Assembly (NCBI RefSeq): GCF_006345805.1
Contig: NC_043016.1
Coordinates: 20,150,001 to 20,214,000, forward strand
From: Octopus sinensis
Lineage: Eukaryota
Direction of reading: 5' to 3'
DNA length: 64,000 nucleotides
The notes under the pieces are model-generated. The model was given only the letters and a program-made list of their open reading frames with translations. It was not told the DNA's origin and ran no database searches. The translations under genes and the position numbers were made by a program. This document shows, one piece after another, positions 14,301 through 26,186 of the stretch; the stretch's first letter is position 1, and each line of letters starts with the position of its first letter.

Positions 14301-15269
14301 GAAGATGACTTCACCAGACCTAATTAACATTCCAAGTTTAAAAGAAAAAATACCAACTCCATGTTGGATGTCGGAGAATACTTGGAGAAACATCCTCCAC
14401 AAGATCGATTTAAAGAACAGATGGAATGATAAATTTGTAAAGCTCATATTGAGCAAAAAAAAGAAATTCTCTGGTGCAATATTTGCTAATAATGTAACAC
14501 GATAGGAGAGTGCATTTCTCCTCATGAAGAATCCGGATCTAAGAAAGGAAATAAAAGTATTTTCCAGAGTCTTGATTAGGTACAAATAAATACATGTTTC
14601 AATTTTCATTAAAACATCAATGTCTTCCAATCTTTTTAGTGATCAATTAATGAATGTAAAATTGAGACTGCATTAAAGTCAATGCCTACATAGAATGATT
14701 AATACTCTATGGAACAACGTAAAGCAAACAAAACAGTAACTTCATAGATGGAGAGCATATCAGCTGTATGTGTAGGTTCTTGGTGAAGCTCAATCTAAGA
14801 TCCACAAAATGAACTTGCACAAACAAAAATATTCAATTGGGAATTTGTAAAGATCAAAAATGAGCAAGATAGGCTTTCTAGTATAGTAGTTGCGAGTTAC
14901 CTATTAGATCAAGGAGCCAATTTTCTCCCAAAAGAAGAAGCAGATTTCTCTGGAAATATAAGTTTCAAAGGGATATGATCCAGATTTAACAAAAGAAATA
15001 AAGACTTATTTCGCATCACTACAAGCCTGCACAGGCGATGGCAATCTGCTTCCATTTAGGGGGCTTATTAGAGAATCAGCCACTTCAAGTGGGCTGAGAA
15101 CCAAACTGACATCCCCACAATGGCTCTGCACAAACAAAAATATTGAAACATGAATCTATAAAGCTCAAATTGAGCAAAGATGACAGATTTTTTAACATGG
15201 TAATTGCTAAATATCTAGCCAACCAGGGAGCGGAATTTATCATAAAAATAAGAATGTAATCTCACTGAG

Positions 15270-16070
15270 CCTCACCAACCATAAATGCCAGAAAACAAAA
15301 CTGCTTGTTGCATCTAGAGCAAGTATCAATGAGGAAAGATAAGACAACATAGGTCAGGATACATCAAAGAGTGAACCAGAAAACCGTTGAAGATGTCGGC
15401 AATGCAAGAGTCAAACTATACATGTGCAGGAAATGCAAAGTTCCTATGCATGTCAAGCGTGCCTCTATCACAGAATGCAGTCTTAGTGAAGTTTTGGGAA
15501 GAAGTCCTGTGAATCATCTTACATTACATAATAACAGAAAAGAAAAAGGTTAGATTTAGACAGAATGTATATTTTAATGTTTTGTGATATTGTATTATGC
15601 TGTATTACAATGATAATTATAGTTTCAAAGTAAAATCTTCATAAAGGTTTCAATCAGTTCTATAGTTTGTTTAGTTTAATTATTATTTCAAATACTCGGT
15701 CATTCTCATCTAATCTCAATGTTAGCTTTAATTTTCACTAATCCAAATATTTTTCCTAGAAATAGAAAGAATGAGTGTAAAATGCTTCAATTTTATTTGA
15801 ATTAGTAAACATTTTTGATGTAAGATGTTTTGTATAATGATACATTATGTTACCTGTGGCCCACCGTTGCACTAACAAAACATGTACTAGGGCTTGTGTG
15901 CTCACTGTTGCATTAATGTAACACACAAATTTGTAATAACTTCTTACCTGTTAAATAAATTAGGAAAAATAATCAAGTAGTATGTATTAAACATAATTGT
16001 CTACCATATATGTAAAATATAACTGATTCCTAAGACTTCATTGTTTTGTTTTTTATAAGCACATACGGGT
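15270..16070 (+). mobile_element. piggyBac/PGBD-like transposon 3' remnant
   Basis: Across frameshifts it reads R*DNIGQ...RCRQCKSQT-YMCRKCKVPMHVK, the Cys/His-rich C-terminal domain of piggyBac-type transposases. Sub-terminal repeats (CAC.GTTGCA.TAA) lie at ~15862 and ~15903, and the putative end CATACGGG|TGAA at ~16062-16073 would be a degenerate GGG-TTAA. Confidence 0.6.
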
Positions 16071-17370
16071 GAATCAAGCCATTAATTATTACTATTTAAA
16101 TCCACAAGAGGTACATACAGAATCACTGAAAGATGAATTTGTAAAGCTCAATTGAGCAAGAAAGATAGATCTTGTAGCACTGTAGTTGCTAATTTAGCTC
16201 ATACAGAAGTCAAGTTTATTATAAAAACAATAAGAAGCAGACTCCACGGGACCTCATTGAAAGTCTAAATTTAAGAGTAAAATGTATCCCTATCACCATC
16301 AGTATTCATTGATAATGACAATGTAAATATGTACAAATTCTATTGGGTATATAATCATGTTTGTTTTAATTCTAACAATACATTAGACCATCACTAGTGT
16401 CTTCACTGAAGACCATGTGACAATAAAAGAATAAACAGAAAATATAAGGAAATGCAAGATCCTGAGAAGGAATGCCAAAAAATGTATGACATGTTGGCAG
16501 ATTTGAATATATAACAGCCTTTGTGTGTAATGTTAAATGGATATGGAAAACGAGCCACGAACATTTGACTCAAGAACATCTAGGACTTCAACAATATCAA
16601 AATGAAACTATCCAAAATGTTGGTCAAGACAGTTCTGATGTATTATAACTTTCCAAGGTCCACGCGATTTATTTGTACAAACAAAAACATAAATGAATTT
16701 CTAAGGCTCAAATTGAGCAAGAAAGATAGATCTTGTGCTGTAGTTGTGAATAATCTAGAAAATATTGGAGCCAAGTTTATAAAAACAGTAAGAAGCAGAC
16801 TCCACTGAACCTCATTAAGAAAAGAGCTTTGTGGATTTTTTGTTAGATGCTTTCCATTGTTCTTGGCTTTTAACCTCTGGCACCTGACGAAGCTCAACTG
16901 AAGATTCATAAGATGGATTTGCTCTAACAAAACACTGAAAGGGGAATTTGGAAAGACCAAATTGAGCAAGACTAGCACACTCGGCTTTGTCATTGTTGAA
17001 ATAAGAGAAAACAGGAGAATTTGAGTTGAGGAAGTTGGAATTAGAATTTCAAAATGAAACAAAGAAAATGGAAATTGAAAATGAATTATAATTGAAAGAA
17101 ATAGAGTTACAGAGTAGAAAGTTGGACATTCCTCGTGATCAGAAAGATTTTGATGTAGTCCAAATTGAGCAAGAGTGGCTGACTTTCTGATAAAGTATTT
17201 ACGAATAATCTAGGATGTCAGGCAGCAAACTCTACAATAAAAAATATAAATATAAACCCACTGGGTCACATAAAAGATCCAAAGAACCAGCAACTTCAAA
17301 GTGGGCTGAGAACCAAACTGACATTCACAAGATGGATTTGCACAAACAAAAATAATAAATCATTCTTTAA

Positions 17371-17513
17371 CCCTTTAGTGTTTAAACCGGCCATATCTGG
17401 CCCAGATATTCCACATGTTTTATATTCAAACTAGCCAGATCCAGCCTCTCCCATCTAACCTACATTGACATTCTTAATATTACATTTAACAGAATAATCT
17501 GAACACTAAAGGG
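17371..17513. mobile_element. 143-bp piggyBac-type MITE
   Basis: TIRs CCCTTTAGTGTT / AACACTAAAGGG are flanked by TTAA on both sides (17367-17370, 17514-17517). The empty site ATTCTTTAAAG is visible in paralogous array copies (~4799, ~7462). Confidence 0.9.
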
Positions 17514-17939
17514 TTAAAGTGGAAATTGAGCAAGAAAAACAGAATTTGTAGCGTGGTAATTGCTAATTGTCTAGCAGACCAAGGAGCCAAATTTACCATA
17601 AAAATAAAAATGTAATCTCACTTGTCCTCAAAAAAGATACAGATTTAACAAAGAAAATAAAAACATTTTTCCATATTAGTGAAATGGCAACTTCAAAGTG
17701 GGCTGAGAATGAACCTAAGATCCACAAGATGGATTTGCACAAACAAAACAATTCAAACATTATTCTTTAAAGTTCCAACTGAAGAAAGAAAGACTCTCAG
17801 GTGTAGTATTTGCTAATAATCTAGTACAATAGGGAAGTCAATTTGGCCTCATGAAGAACCCAGATCTAAGACAGAAAATAAGAGCATTTCCCAGAGTCAA
17901 AGAGGATTGCTCATTTCATACAACATTGACTAAAAACTA

Positions 17940-18380
17940 AGCATTTGGAGCAGGCATCTTTGCTTTGTAAGTGCTGCAGAAGTGGCCGTCCACTGTGCCA
18001 AAGTCGAAAGAGGTTGGTCCCTTCATGACATGAACAGTCACAGATTGAAGCTTTCAGATTTGAAGGGGTCAACTGTGTAGACACGTCCAATTCTGTCACC
18101 TTTGTACAAGGCTGAATCGAACCTCGTAGAACGGCCTTGTTTTCACTGTTGCCACTGGGAAGATGATTGATTCCATGTATAATAATGTGGCACTTCAGTG
18201 TACAAAATAGACTTTGCAAAGGAGTCAAGTTTGCATGGGTGAAAGAAGGCTGTGAGAGTGGTCTTTGGCAGAGCAGCTGCTTGTTCAATGAGGTTGTCTT
18301 GTGCAAAGTACTTTCACTGTCTATTTCCAACTGAACGCCAAGAGTTCAACAAAAGTTTGGAATCTATTTTGTTGATGTAA
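17940..18380 (-). mobile_element. Helitron Rep/helicase fragment
   Basis: A minus frame reads PKTTLTAFFHPCKLDSFAKSILYTEVPHYYTWNQSSSQWQQ*KQG...IGRVYTVDP. This matches the Helitron RepHel segment TTLTAFF..C....A..LLY.EVP.YY.W....W..RK.G...GRVYTVHP. Confidence 0.85.
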
Positions 18381-21300
18381 CATAACTCAGTTGTGCTGTG
18401 GAAGATTCCAGCCAATCGCTGTTGGAAGCATATGAATAATAGCACTCACTGCAGCAACGAAGAAGCAATTTTTAACTAGTTTGACAATTTCTACAGAATG
18501 GATGTGTTTTTTTTTTCTGTTCTGTTTTGCTAGCTTGTTCAAATCCTAAGTTGTGAATTGTTTTGTATGTTTGTACATTTGTGAAACTGAACTCACTTGA
18601 CAGCTGAAGTTTCACCAAACATGAAAGGATGACCCCTTTGGAGGTGAGTTGCCACCCCATCAGTATGATGGACAGTCTAACATTTTTGTTCGAAACACAA
18701 ATAGCATCTGACAACATGGAAACCATGCTGAGAGAGGAATGTGCCTCCACCTTGTGGAGAGAGAAAGGAAGGGAACCCAGCTGTTTCAATAGCTAATACT
18801 ATCACTGCAAAACTAAACACAATGAACACCAATCACTAACGAAAAAGGGAAAAATACCAAAAAAACATAAAACAGCAGCAGTCGCAGTTTTGCATTGGCA
18901 GCTACAATCAACCAGGAAAAGTTAAATATTTACACTGAAGATTTTAAAAAATTTAATAGCCTTCTAAAACGAGACAGTTGAAATGTAAACAACATTCTGC
19001 CTTCTGAAATAACGCAAAGAATTGTGTGAAAAATCAATATATAAAACGTATGCCCTAAAAAACAAAAAAAACAATTGAACATGCCAGTGGCAAGGGGGAA
19101 AAAATATTTGCCACTGTCGAGGTTTGATTCACTTCAGAAGGAGTAGCCAAAGAACACTCCACAGTGACATTAACAATGACTGAACTACTGCTACTACTAA
19201 CTTATTTGAGAAGATACATGTAAAAAATAAAAATTGGGGAGGTGGAAAGCAGAAGCAGAGACTGATGATATCCTGTCTTCACTTACACTCTGAGACAGAA
19301 AGAACTAATTTGATTCAATGCTCTCAACAAGGACAGATGACGAAATAGGAGGAACACATAGTTGAAAGAGAAATAAATTGGAACACAATACGGAATTGGA
19401 TTACATAATGTCTAAGTTTTCTAATTCATTCATCCTACGATGTCTTGGAACATATCAGAAAATGAAAAATGTAGATGTGGAAAAGTTGGAACATGGAAAC
19501 ATTCTTTTTAACTATTCACTGGCATTGAATACATGGAGACAGTCTAGTCTTTAAGATCATCTTCAATGCTATAAAAAACTAAATTGCTATCAACAGTAGC
19601 AAAAAGCCACTGAAGAACCAGGGATTTCATTATCTTCATGCATTCAGGACAATAGATCCATTTGAAGAAACTTCCTGTAAGCAATTAAAAGTGGAACAGC
19701 TACTGGGAGGTGGCTGCAGATTTACCAGGGTGCCAAGGATTCTTTCCCATTCCAGTTACGAAGAAACTGCATATCATATGGTGAAAATGAAGACACAGGC
19801 TGGAAAGCAGAGCATTTGCCAATCAAATTCAGATGCAGATGATTCATTGGTTGGACAGTGTGAGGAGACTTGTCACTAGGCCTAACTCATCGCAAAAAAA
19901 ATATGAATGATATCCAAACTCCAATGGAAAATGGAAGCCACTGGATTTGATTAAAAAGAAATAAATAATGGCTAGAATATCGAGTGAAACCAGATAACCA
20001 GTTGATCTAGCAAACAGGACCCCATTGGTTTGCAATGTTGCCATCCAGAGGAAGGTCCTGAAACGCCATGCATTTTCAGATGATACCATGAACTTGCTAG
20101 CATCAAATATGCAGAGCTTTCAAGTTGTTTCCAAAAAAGAAAAAGAAAACAAAAAAAAGGGGAAAAAAGAAAGAAAAAAAACAATGGGGGAAAAAAACAT
20201 AACTGAAATCACCTCTGCAAATGGTTTTACCAAAAAAAAAAGAAAAAAGTCTCAAACATTATCACATTTATAATGTGCTTGTGGAATATGTACATGCTTG
20301 TCTAAAACCTTCCAAAAAGAACAAAATAATTGGAAGGATATTTAGATGTTAACATTGCTCCAGTGAGTGAAATTAGCAAGGAGAGTAGATGAAGAAAATG
20401 CAGTCAAATAATATAAAGAAAATAATAAGAAAGTAGAAGAGAGATCTGAATCATTCTTGAGGTATTCTTTTGAAAATAATAAAAAAACTGAACTGACCTT
20501 TTTTTTTCTTTTTGATTGTTGATATTAAATGATAGAAGACAGCCGTTTTGGAGATCTGATGTATGCTCTCAAATGAAATATATAATGGACTGAATGATGA
20601 TCAAGATACGGATGAAACTGTTCGTCAGTCAGTCAAAGCAGAGAGTCTTAGAGCACAGAATCCAAGTCTTATTCTTCAAATGTTGACTCCATCACATCTA
20701 TCTATCTAAGCAGTATTAACCATTTTTTTTTTTAAATAAACATGTAGCTGTACAAATTTATTACCTGTCCAACTGATTGGTTAAATAATGAGACCCCATT
20801 GAAAGCAAAAAGAAATGCAAATATAATCAAACAATGGTTATGAAGCAATGGTTAGTTCATAAAGACAAAACAAAAGACAAAACAAAAATCTACAATCTAC
20901 CAGCACTCACTTGGTCCTCGAGTACTTTTAGCAGAGTCCCTATATCAGCAAAGATTCATAATACAACCCCAACCTCAATATAATTTGGTATCGAAACATA
21001 CAGCTAGGATAGGAAACCTTTGAGTCATGGTTTCTTCCCTTCCTCACTTCTCAGTTTTGCAGACCTTTCTCCTTTGTCAAGGGCGGGGGTGGGGGACATT
21101 GGAAAGTATAAGCATGTATGGGATAAAGACTGACTAGAAACATAAATGCAGGCAAAATAAATGATTGGATGCCTAAATCTCAGTTCACAAAGGACGGTGC
21201 ATAACGTGTCCAATATTGCACACCATAAGTTATATATTCACAGAGAAATTTATGAGTATCAACCTAGTTTAACAGACTGTCTGTTAAGAAAATCACAATT

Positions 21301-21856
21301 CTACCAGCAAAACTGAGTTGAAAATAGTTTCAAATACAATACCTAAGTATTGTTTCATAAAAAAAAAGTATGGTTGTATGGTAAAGATGATTTTTTTTTT
21401 TTTTTTTACAATCATATTGGCACATTGGTATTTCTACTACAGACTTGGGTTGACCGAAATCTTCCAGTGGTAGACCAAAATTAAATGGAAACCCATCTGA
21501 GCATATGGCAAAGGATGTCAGAATCAGTGCATATTTGGTTTTCTCTCCTCTATATCCAATTAACTTTGCTTGATCCTTCACAAAGTTGATAAAAGTAGCA
21601 GCGACAAAGTACAGAAGGTAGTGGTGCTGGTGGCATTGAAATGTTCAACACTTGTGTTACATACTCTCACAAAACACACACAAACATCACTTAAGAAACA
21701 AGGATTTAAATGTTATTGGGCTTATGGAATTTGAACACTTGGACAATTTGTATATGATGAATACACATGTGCATTTATGTAGTGTGTAAACAGCCATAAT
21801 ATAGTTAGGCTGAAATGATAGATGCTATTAAAAGTAATAAGGACACTTGAAAAAGA

Positions 21857-21857
<1 letters not shown>

Positions 21858-21892
<35 letters not shown>
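21858..21892. repeat. (TG)n microsatellite
   Basis: Direct observation; it lies in the presumed Hv 3' UTR. Confidence 0.95.
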
Positions 21893-21895
<3 letters not shown>

Positions 21896-22451
21896 GGATG
21901 CCGTTCCTTAATTGGAGCAAGAAAGAGCCTAGTGGCAATTTTTAGTAACTCAAAGAAAATGGGAGATAATTTAAAATTAATTGGGGATTTTATGTTTATG
22001 TGCTTAGAGAATGGACAGTCAATTATGTACATGTATACATCCACACATGTATGTATGTGTGTGTGATAGATGGAAAGCAAGGAAAGGATAGCATGAGAAA
22101 GAGAAAGTTACTGAATAAAGGATGTGTGTGTGCACGCACATGTGCGTACAATTGCTCAAGAATGAAAGCAAACTGTTGGAAGGGTGAAACAGTAGGGAAA
22201 AAAAAAGTCACAAAATTTGGAAACAGAGGACATACAGATTTCATAAAAATAATAATGTAGAGAAAACATTGGCTCATCTACATTACAAAAAATTTTCATA
22301 CATTTTTGATTAGTAAAGTTTTTGTTTTTTTTTGTTTGGTTTCTGTACAAAGGAAAATCTCGTTGGTGGGAAGTGGATGGGTGGTGGTGGTGGTGGTGGG
22401 GGTTAAGGTTTATCACGTTAAGGGAATAAGAATTCACCGCTGTCATCAGCA

Positions 22452-23035
22452 TCACTTAGTTTGACTGAAATTAGCTGTGGCAGTTTTATCAAGGGTTGTG
22501 GTTGTTTGTATTGGGTGTGGTGGAGTAGGCGGTGTAGTCATGGCTGGTGTTAGTATACATGTTGAAACTGAAGTCCTTGACGGTGATCTGCCGTTATCTG
22601 TGGAAGAAATACTGCTAATTAATATGTTTGGTGCTGTTGTTGCTGTTGTTGTCGTCGTCGTCGCTGCTGTTGTTGTTGTTGTTATAGTTGTTGCAACTGT
22701 TGCTGATGTTGTTGTTGCTGCTGTTGTTGTTATAGTTGTATTACTAGACAAATTTTGGGAAATATTACTTCCATTGTTGTTGCTGTTAAGAATCTGGTGT
22801 TCCACTGGGTTAACTTCTGCAATGACAGCGATGGTACTAACTGAGGGTGGCTGTTCGTGTTTGTCGGCATCAGTAATCCCGTGTTTTCGCAGGAGTCCTT
22901 GCAAGAGTTCTATTTCTCCTTCTTGAGCAGAGCAATATTCACGGAACTTGGACAGTTCCTGTTCACAGGCTTCACGCAGACGGCGTTCTCGCTGCAGCTT
23001 CTTGTCTGCTTGTTTCTTCACAGACATAATAATAC
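22452..23035 (-). CDS. HVCN1: Voltage-gated proton channel Hv1, last coding exon (end of S4, coiled coil, Thr-rich tail, stop)
   Basis: Acceptor TTTGTTTAG|GT at 23036/23035. The phase-1 join with the upstream exon gives RILN-G-IIMSVKKQADKKLQRERRLREACEQELSKFREYCSAQEGEIELLQGLLRKHGI, homologous to the human Hv1 segment RIINGIIISVK...LLRQHG. TGA is at 22454-22452. Confidence 0.92.
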
Positions 23036-23065
23036 CTAAACAAAAGGAATTTGAAAAAGATGAAG

Positions 23066-23073
23066 GAGGGAGG

Positions 23074-23105
<32 letters not shown>

Positions 23106-23139
23106 AAGAGAAAGAGAGAGAAAGAGAGAGAAAGAGAAA

Positions 23140-23209
<70 letters not shown>

Positions 23210-23445
23210 AAGAGAGAGACAGACAGACAAAGAGAGACAGACAGACAGAGAGAGAGAAAGAGAGATAGAGAGAGAGAGAAAGAGAGGGATGGAGAGGGAG
23301 AGAGAGGGAAAGAGAGAGAGGGAGGGAGAGAGAGGGAGGGAGAGAGAGGGAGAAAGAGAAAGAGAGAGAGGGGAGAAAGAGAGAGAGGGGGAGAAAGAGA
23401 GATGGGTGAGAGAGAGAGAAAGAGACAGACAGACAGAAGAACTCA
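23066..23445. repeat. ~380-bp compound (AG)n/(AGAC)n microsatellite (pyrimidine tract on the Hv sense strand)
   Basis: Direct observation. It ends ~30 nt before the acceptor of the last Hv exon. Confidence 0.95.
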
Positions 23446-23714
23446 GTATATATATATAAAAAAAAAAAAACAATGCAATCTTCAGACTCTTGTACCTGAA
23501 TTTTTTTTCAATGTCTTACACCTGTTTATTTCCTCTCCTCAAGCTAGCATGGTGGTGTAGCACAAGTATCAAAACAATTGTGTCTGCAGCTGGGCAGATG
23601 CCTTTTGCTATCTAGTAAACCATTCAAATATGGTAAATAAAGTCTTGCTCAATCAGCAGACTTATGTATTTAATAAGGAACAAAACTGTTTTTAATTTTG
23701 AGTTTGTGGTTGAC

Positions 23715-23993
23715 AGCCAGTGCCGCCTCAACTGGCTTCCGTGTAGGTGATACGTAAAATGCACCAATCCGACCGTGGCCGATGCCAGCCTTGCCTGGCT
23801 CCAGTGCAGGTGGCACGTAAAAAGCACCCACTACACTCACGGAGTGGTTGGCGTTAGGAAGGGCATCCAGCTGTAGAAACATTGCCAGATAAGACCGGAG
23901 CCTGGTGCAGCCTTCTGGCTTCCCAGATCCCCGGTCGAACTGTCCAACTCATGCTAGCATGGAGAACGGATGTTAAACGATGATGATGATGAT
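23715..23993 (+). mobile_element. RTE-type 3'-end fragment with (GAT)n tail
   Basis: GTGGCACGTAAAAAGCACCCACTACACTC..GGAGTGGTTGGCGTTAGGAAGGGCATCCAGCTGTAG...GATGATGAT, same as 2480-2665. Confidence 0.75.
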
Positions 23994-24128
23994 TAGGAAG
24001 GGTACCCAGCTGTAGAAACCATGTCAAATACTGCTATTGGAACATGATGCAGTTACTTCAATCTGCTGAATCCAGTCAAAGTGTGCAACACATGTCAGCA
24101 TAGAACTAGATATGCATATGATACAACA

Positions 24129-24300
24129 GGCGCAGGCATGGCTGTGTGGTTAAGGAGCTTGCTTCCTAGCTATATGGTTTCGGGTTCAGTCCCACTGTGT
24201 GGCACTTTGGGCAGGTGTCTTCTGCTATAGCCCCGAGCCGACCGAAGCTTTGTGATTCAATTTGGCAGGCAGAAGTTACTGCCGTGTATGTGTGTGTAGG
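24129..24300 (+). mobile_element. tRNA-derived SINE, 5' part
   Basis: Head GGCGCAGGCATGGCTGTGTGGTTAAG (A-box-like) and GGTTCAGTCCC (B-box-like). Confidence 0.75.
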
Positions 24301-25839
24301 TGCTTGTGCCTCTCCGAAAGAGAGAGAGAGACTAATCTGTCACCATTCTATGGCCATCATACACATACATACTGAGAAGCAACCATGTTTGAGAAAGAGA
24401 AACAGAATGTTGCTTCTTTGTTGGTATTATCACTATAATTAAGAAATTAAATCGTTTTTTGCTTTGAAGGTTTGAAAGCACCCCTACTCAAGTAGTTCAA
24501 GAAATAATTCATCTCCACACAATGAAAAGATAAATTTCATACTTAAAATATCAAAACAAATCAAGGTTTAAAAAAAAAACCAAAAAAAAAAACCTTGTAT
24601 TTTAAACAGAACTCTAAGTTTATATATCTGCAGTTGTTAATTAGATTTGACTTTCTCATTATGGGCATATACCTGTAACCAGTTTGATAACATTTTCCAT
24701 GGGCCCTCAGACGACTACCTATCTGATTTACTTCATTTTTTTGGTGACAAAGCACACAATTTGGTCAATATTTACATCAACAGAAGCTTCACCGTTATGC
24801 AGTAATCTAAAAATGAATTTTCAGCTCAAGCAGTAGATTAGCATAACTTTAAAAGATAAAAGACAAGTCCTCCACCTCTGATATCATTGGAACTGTATAT
24901 GTATCCCAGCATCCCATGTTGGTTTCCCAGGAATATTTCTGGACTCTCTATCATGCAGAGCTTCAACATACAGCAGTTTTCTGGCATTATGTTTCAATCA
25001 CTATAATCTCAAAATTGTAGACTATTTTACCTCGGAGACCACCATTCACTTTTAATCAGTGCAGATGTTCAAAGACTTAATGTTGTATGTTCCAAAATAT
25101 TTCTTGGTTTGCGCTGATGATGCTTTCTGCAAACTAATTCTCACTAATCACTTTAGAAACCTCCTTGTGTACTAAAATCACACAATCTTTGTGTACCAAA
25201 ATCACACAATCTCTTGTAATTGAGAAACATAACCAAAAGCCAAGATCCTTAAATCTGGCTCATGTGGCAGTTTTTTTTTCCCCATTATTTGACAGCAACA
25301 GCTGTCTCCTGTAGGCTTTCCTTGTTTTATTCTTTTAATTTTTTTTACAAGATTACCATCATTCATGAAATATGGCCTCACAAAATGTTACCATATGCAT
25401 GAATTTCTTTCAACAGTTTTGGTACTGTGTTTTCATTGACTTTTGGATGAATTCCCCTATATCAATCTCTTCCTTCTACTCAATAAGACAGATGACAAGA
25501 CTAACTCAGCATATATGGTATACCGAGACAACCTGCCTTTTTCAATATTTCAGTGTACTGATGTATAACATACATCTTAAACCCTTCTGGTGAAATCTGT
25601 CTTCATTTGTTGATAAAATGACTTATCTGCATACAAGTATAGCAAGAATCATTACAGATACATAGCATGCCAAAGTTTTAAATTCCTGTCTGACCAAATT
25701 TAATTCTCTAACATCTCAAATGCAACTGAAACCTTTGAAATTCTTGAGGTCATCTACATATGGTAGAATGTGTTTTTATAAATCATTAAATTTTCTTTAT
25801 TTTCCGGCATGAATTTACATTCTTATTTGGTGCTATTAG

Positions 25840-26145
25840 GGTTGGAAGAATTGATGGAATGGTTGGCAAGAGCAAATGGAGTGAGGTGGTATGGACATGT
25901 GTTGAGGAGGGATGAAGAGCATGTTCTGAGGAAAGTGATTGCATTTGATTGCGAAAGTGAGATAGACTGAGGAAAAGATGGGGGGGGGACAGGTGGAGGA
26001 GGAGATTGGGAGGGCTGGTTTGAAAAAGGATGCCAACAACTGGGCGAGGTGATGTGAGGGCAGTTGCTATGGCACTGAGGTAGATCTGGCCACCCTTGTT
26101 AATGGGGACAAACCCCAGATTTAAAACACTGGATGATGGTGATGT
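25840..26145 (+). mobile_element. RTE-clade LINE 3' fragment in an Hv intron
   Basis: RANGVRWYGHVLRRDEEHVLRKV (RTE C-terminal RWxGHVxR motif) followed by a GATGATGGTGATG tail. Confidence 0.75.
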
Positions 26146-26186
26146 ATTAAGGTTTTTTTTTTTAACAAATGTAAAATAAAACTTAC

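Larger units (their letters stand above)
1..17940 (+). repeat. Hierarchical tandem/segmental duplication array (~18 kb, open at the window start) of 0.15-2.7 kb modules
   Basis: The marker AATATAAGTTTCAAAG.GATATGATCCAGATTTAACAAAAG recurs at ~1, ~4347, ~7008, ~9557 and ~14956. Block 1-2760 is nearly identical to ~9557-12300. Block ~3570-5480 matches ~6240-8160 and, in part, ~8780-9860 and ~14180-15260. More diverged copies of the ~170-bp subunit lie at 16100-17935. Confidence 0.95.

Noticed and set aside
17911-18330. 139-aa minus-strand ORF as a possible host exon
   Set aside because: A different minus frame carries clear Helitron RepHel motifs, so the listed ORF is an off-frame by-product.
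18385-18460. Similarity to array segments at ~2676, ~12215 and ~13108 as evidence that the array captured Hv 3' UTR
   Set aside because: The match is short and adjacent to a Helitron remnant. It is more simply explained as a dispersed repeat fragment.
22477-22926. 149-aa Val-rich plus-strand ORF
   Set aside because: Antisense shadow of the Thr-rich Hv exon.
22948-23560. ER-rich and LS-rich ORFs (also at 30181-30549 and 61314-61674)
   Set aside because: Translations of (AG)n microsatellites.
24860-25600. Possible Penelope GIY-YIG remnant in the Hv intron
   Set aside because: Only faint motif traces (EHL, F.II, EAL) across many frameshifts; too weak to annotate.
25786-26186. C-terminal 133 aa of the 299-aa ORF (KFYFTFVKKKNL...)
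   Set aside because: This is read-through past the GTAAGT donor into intron and antisense RTE sequence. Hv homology resumes in the exon at 23035.
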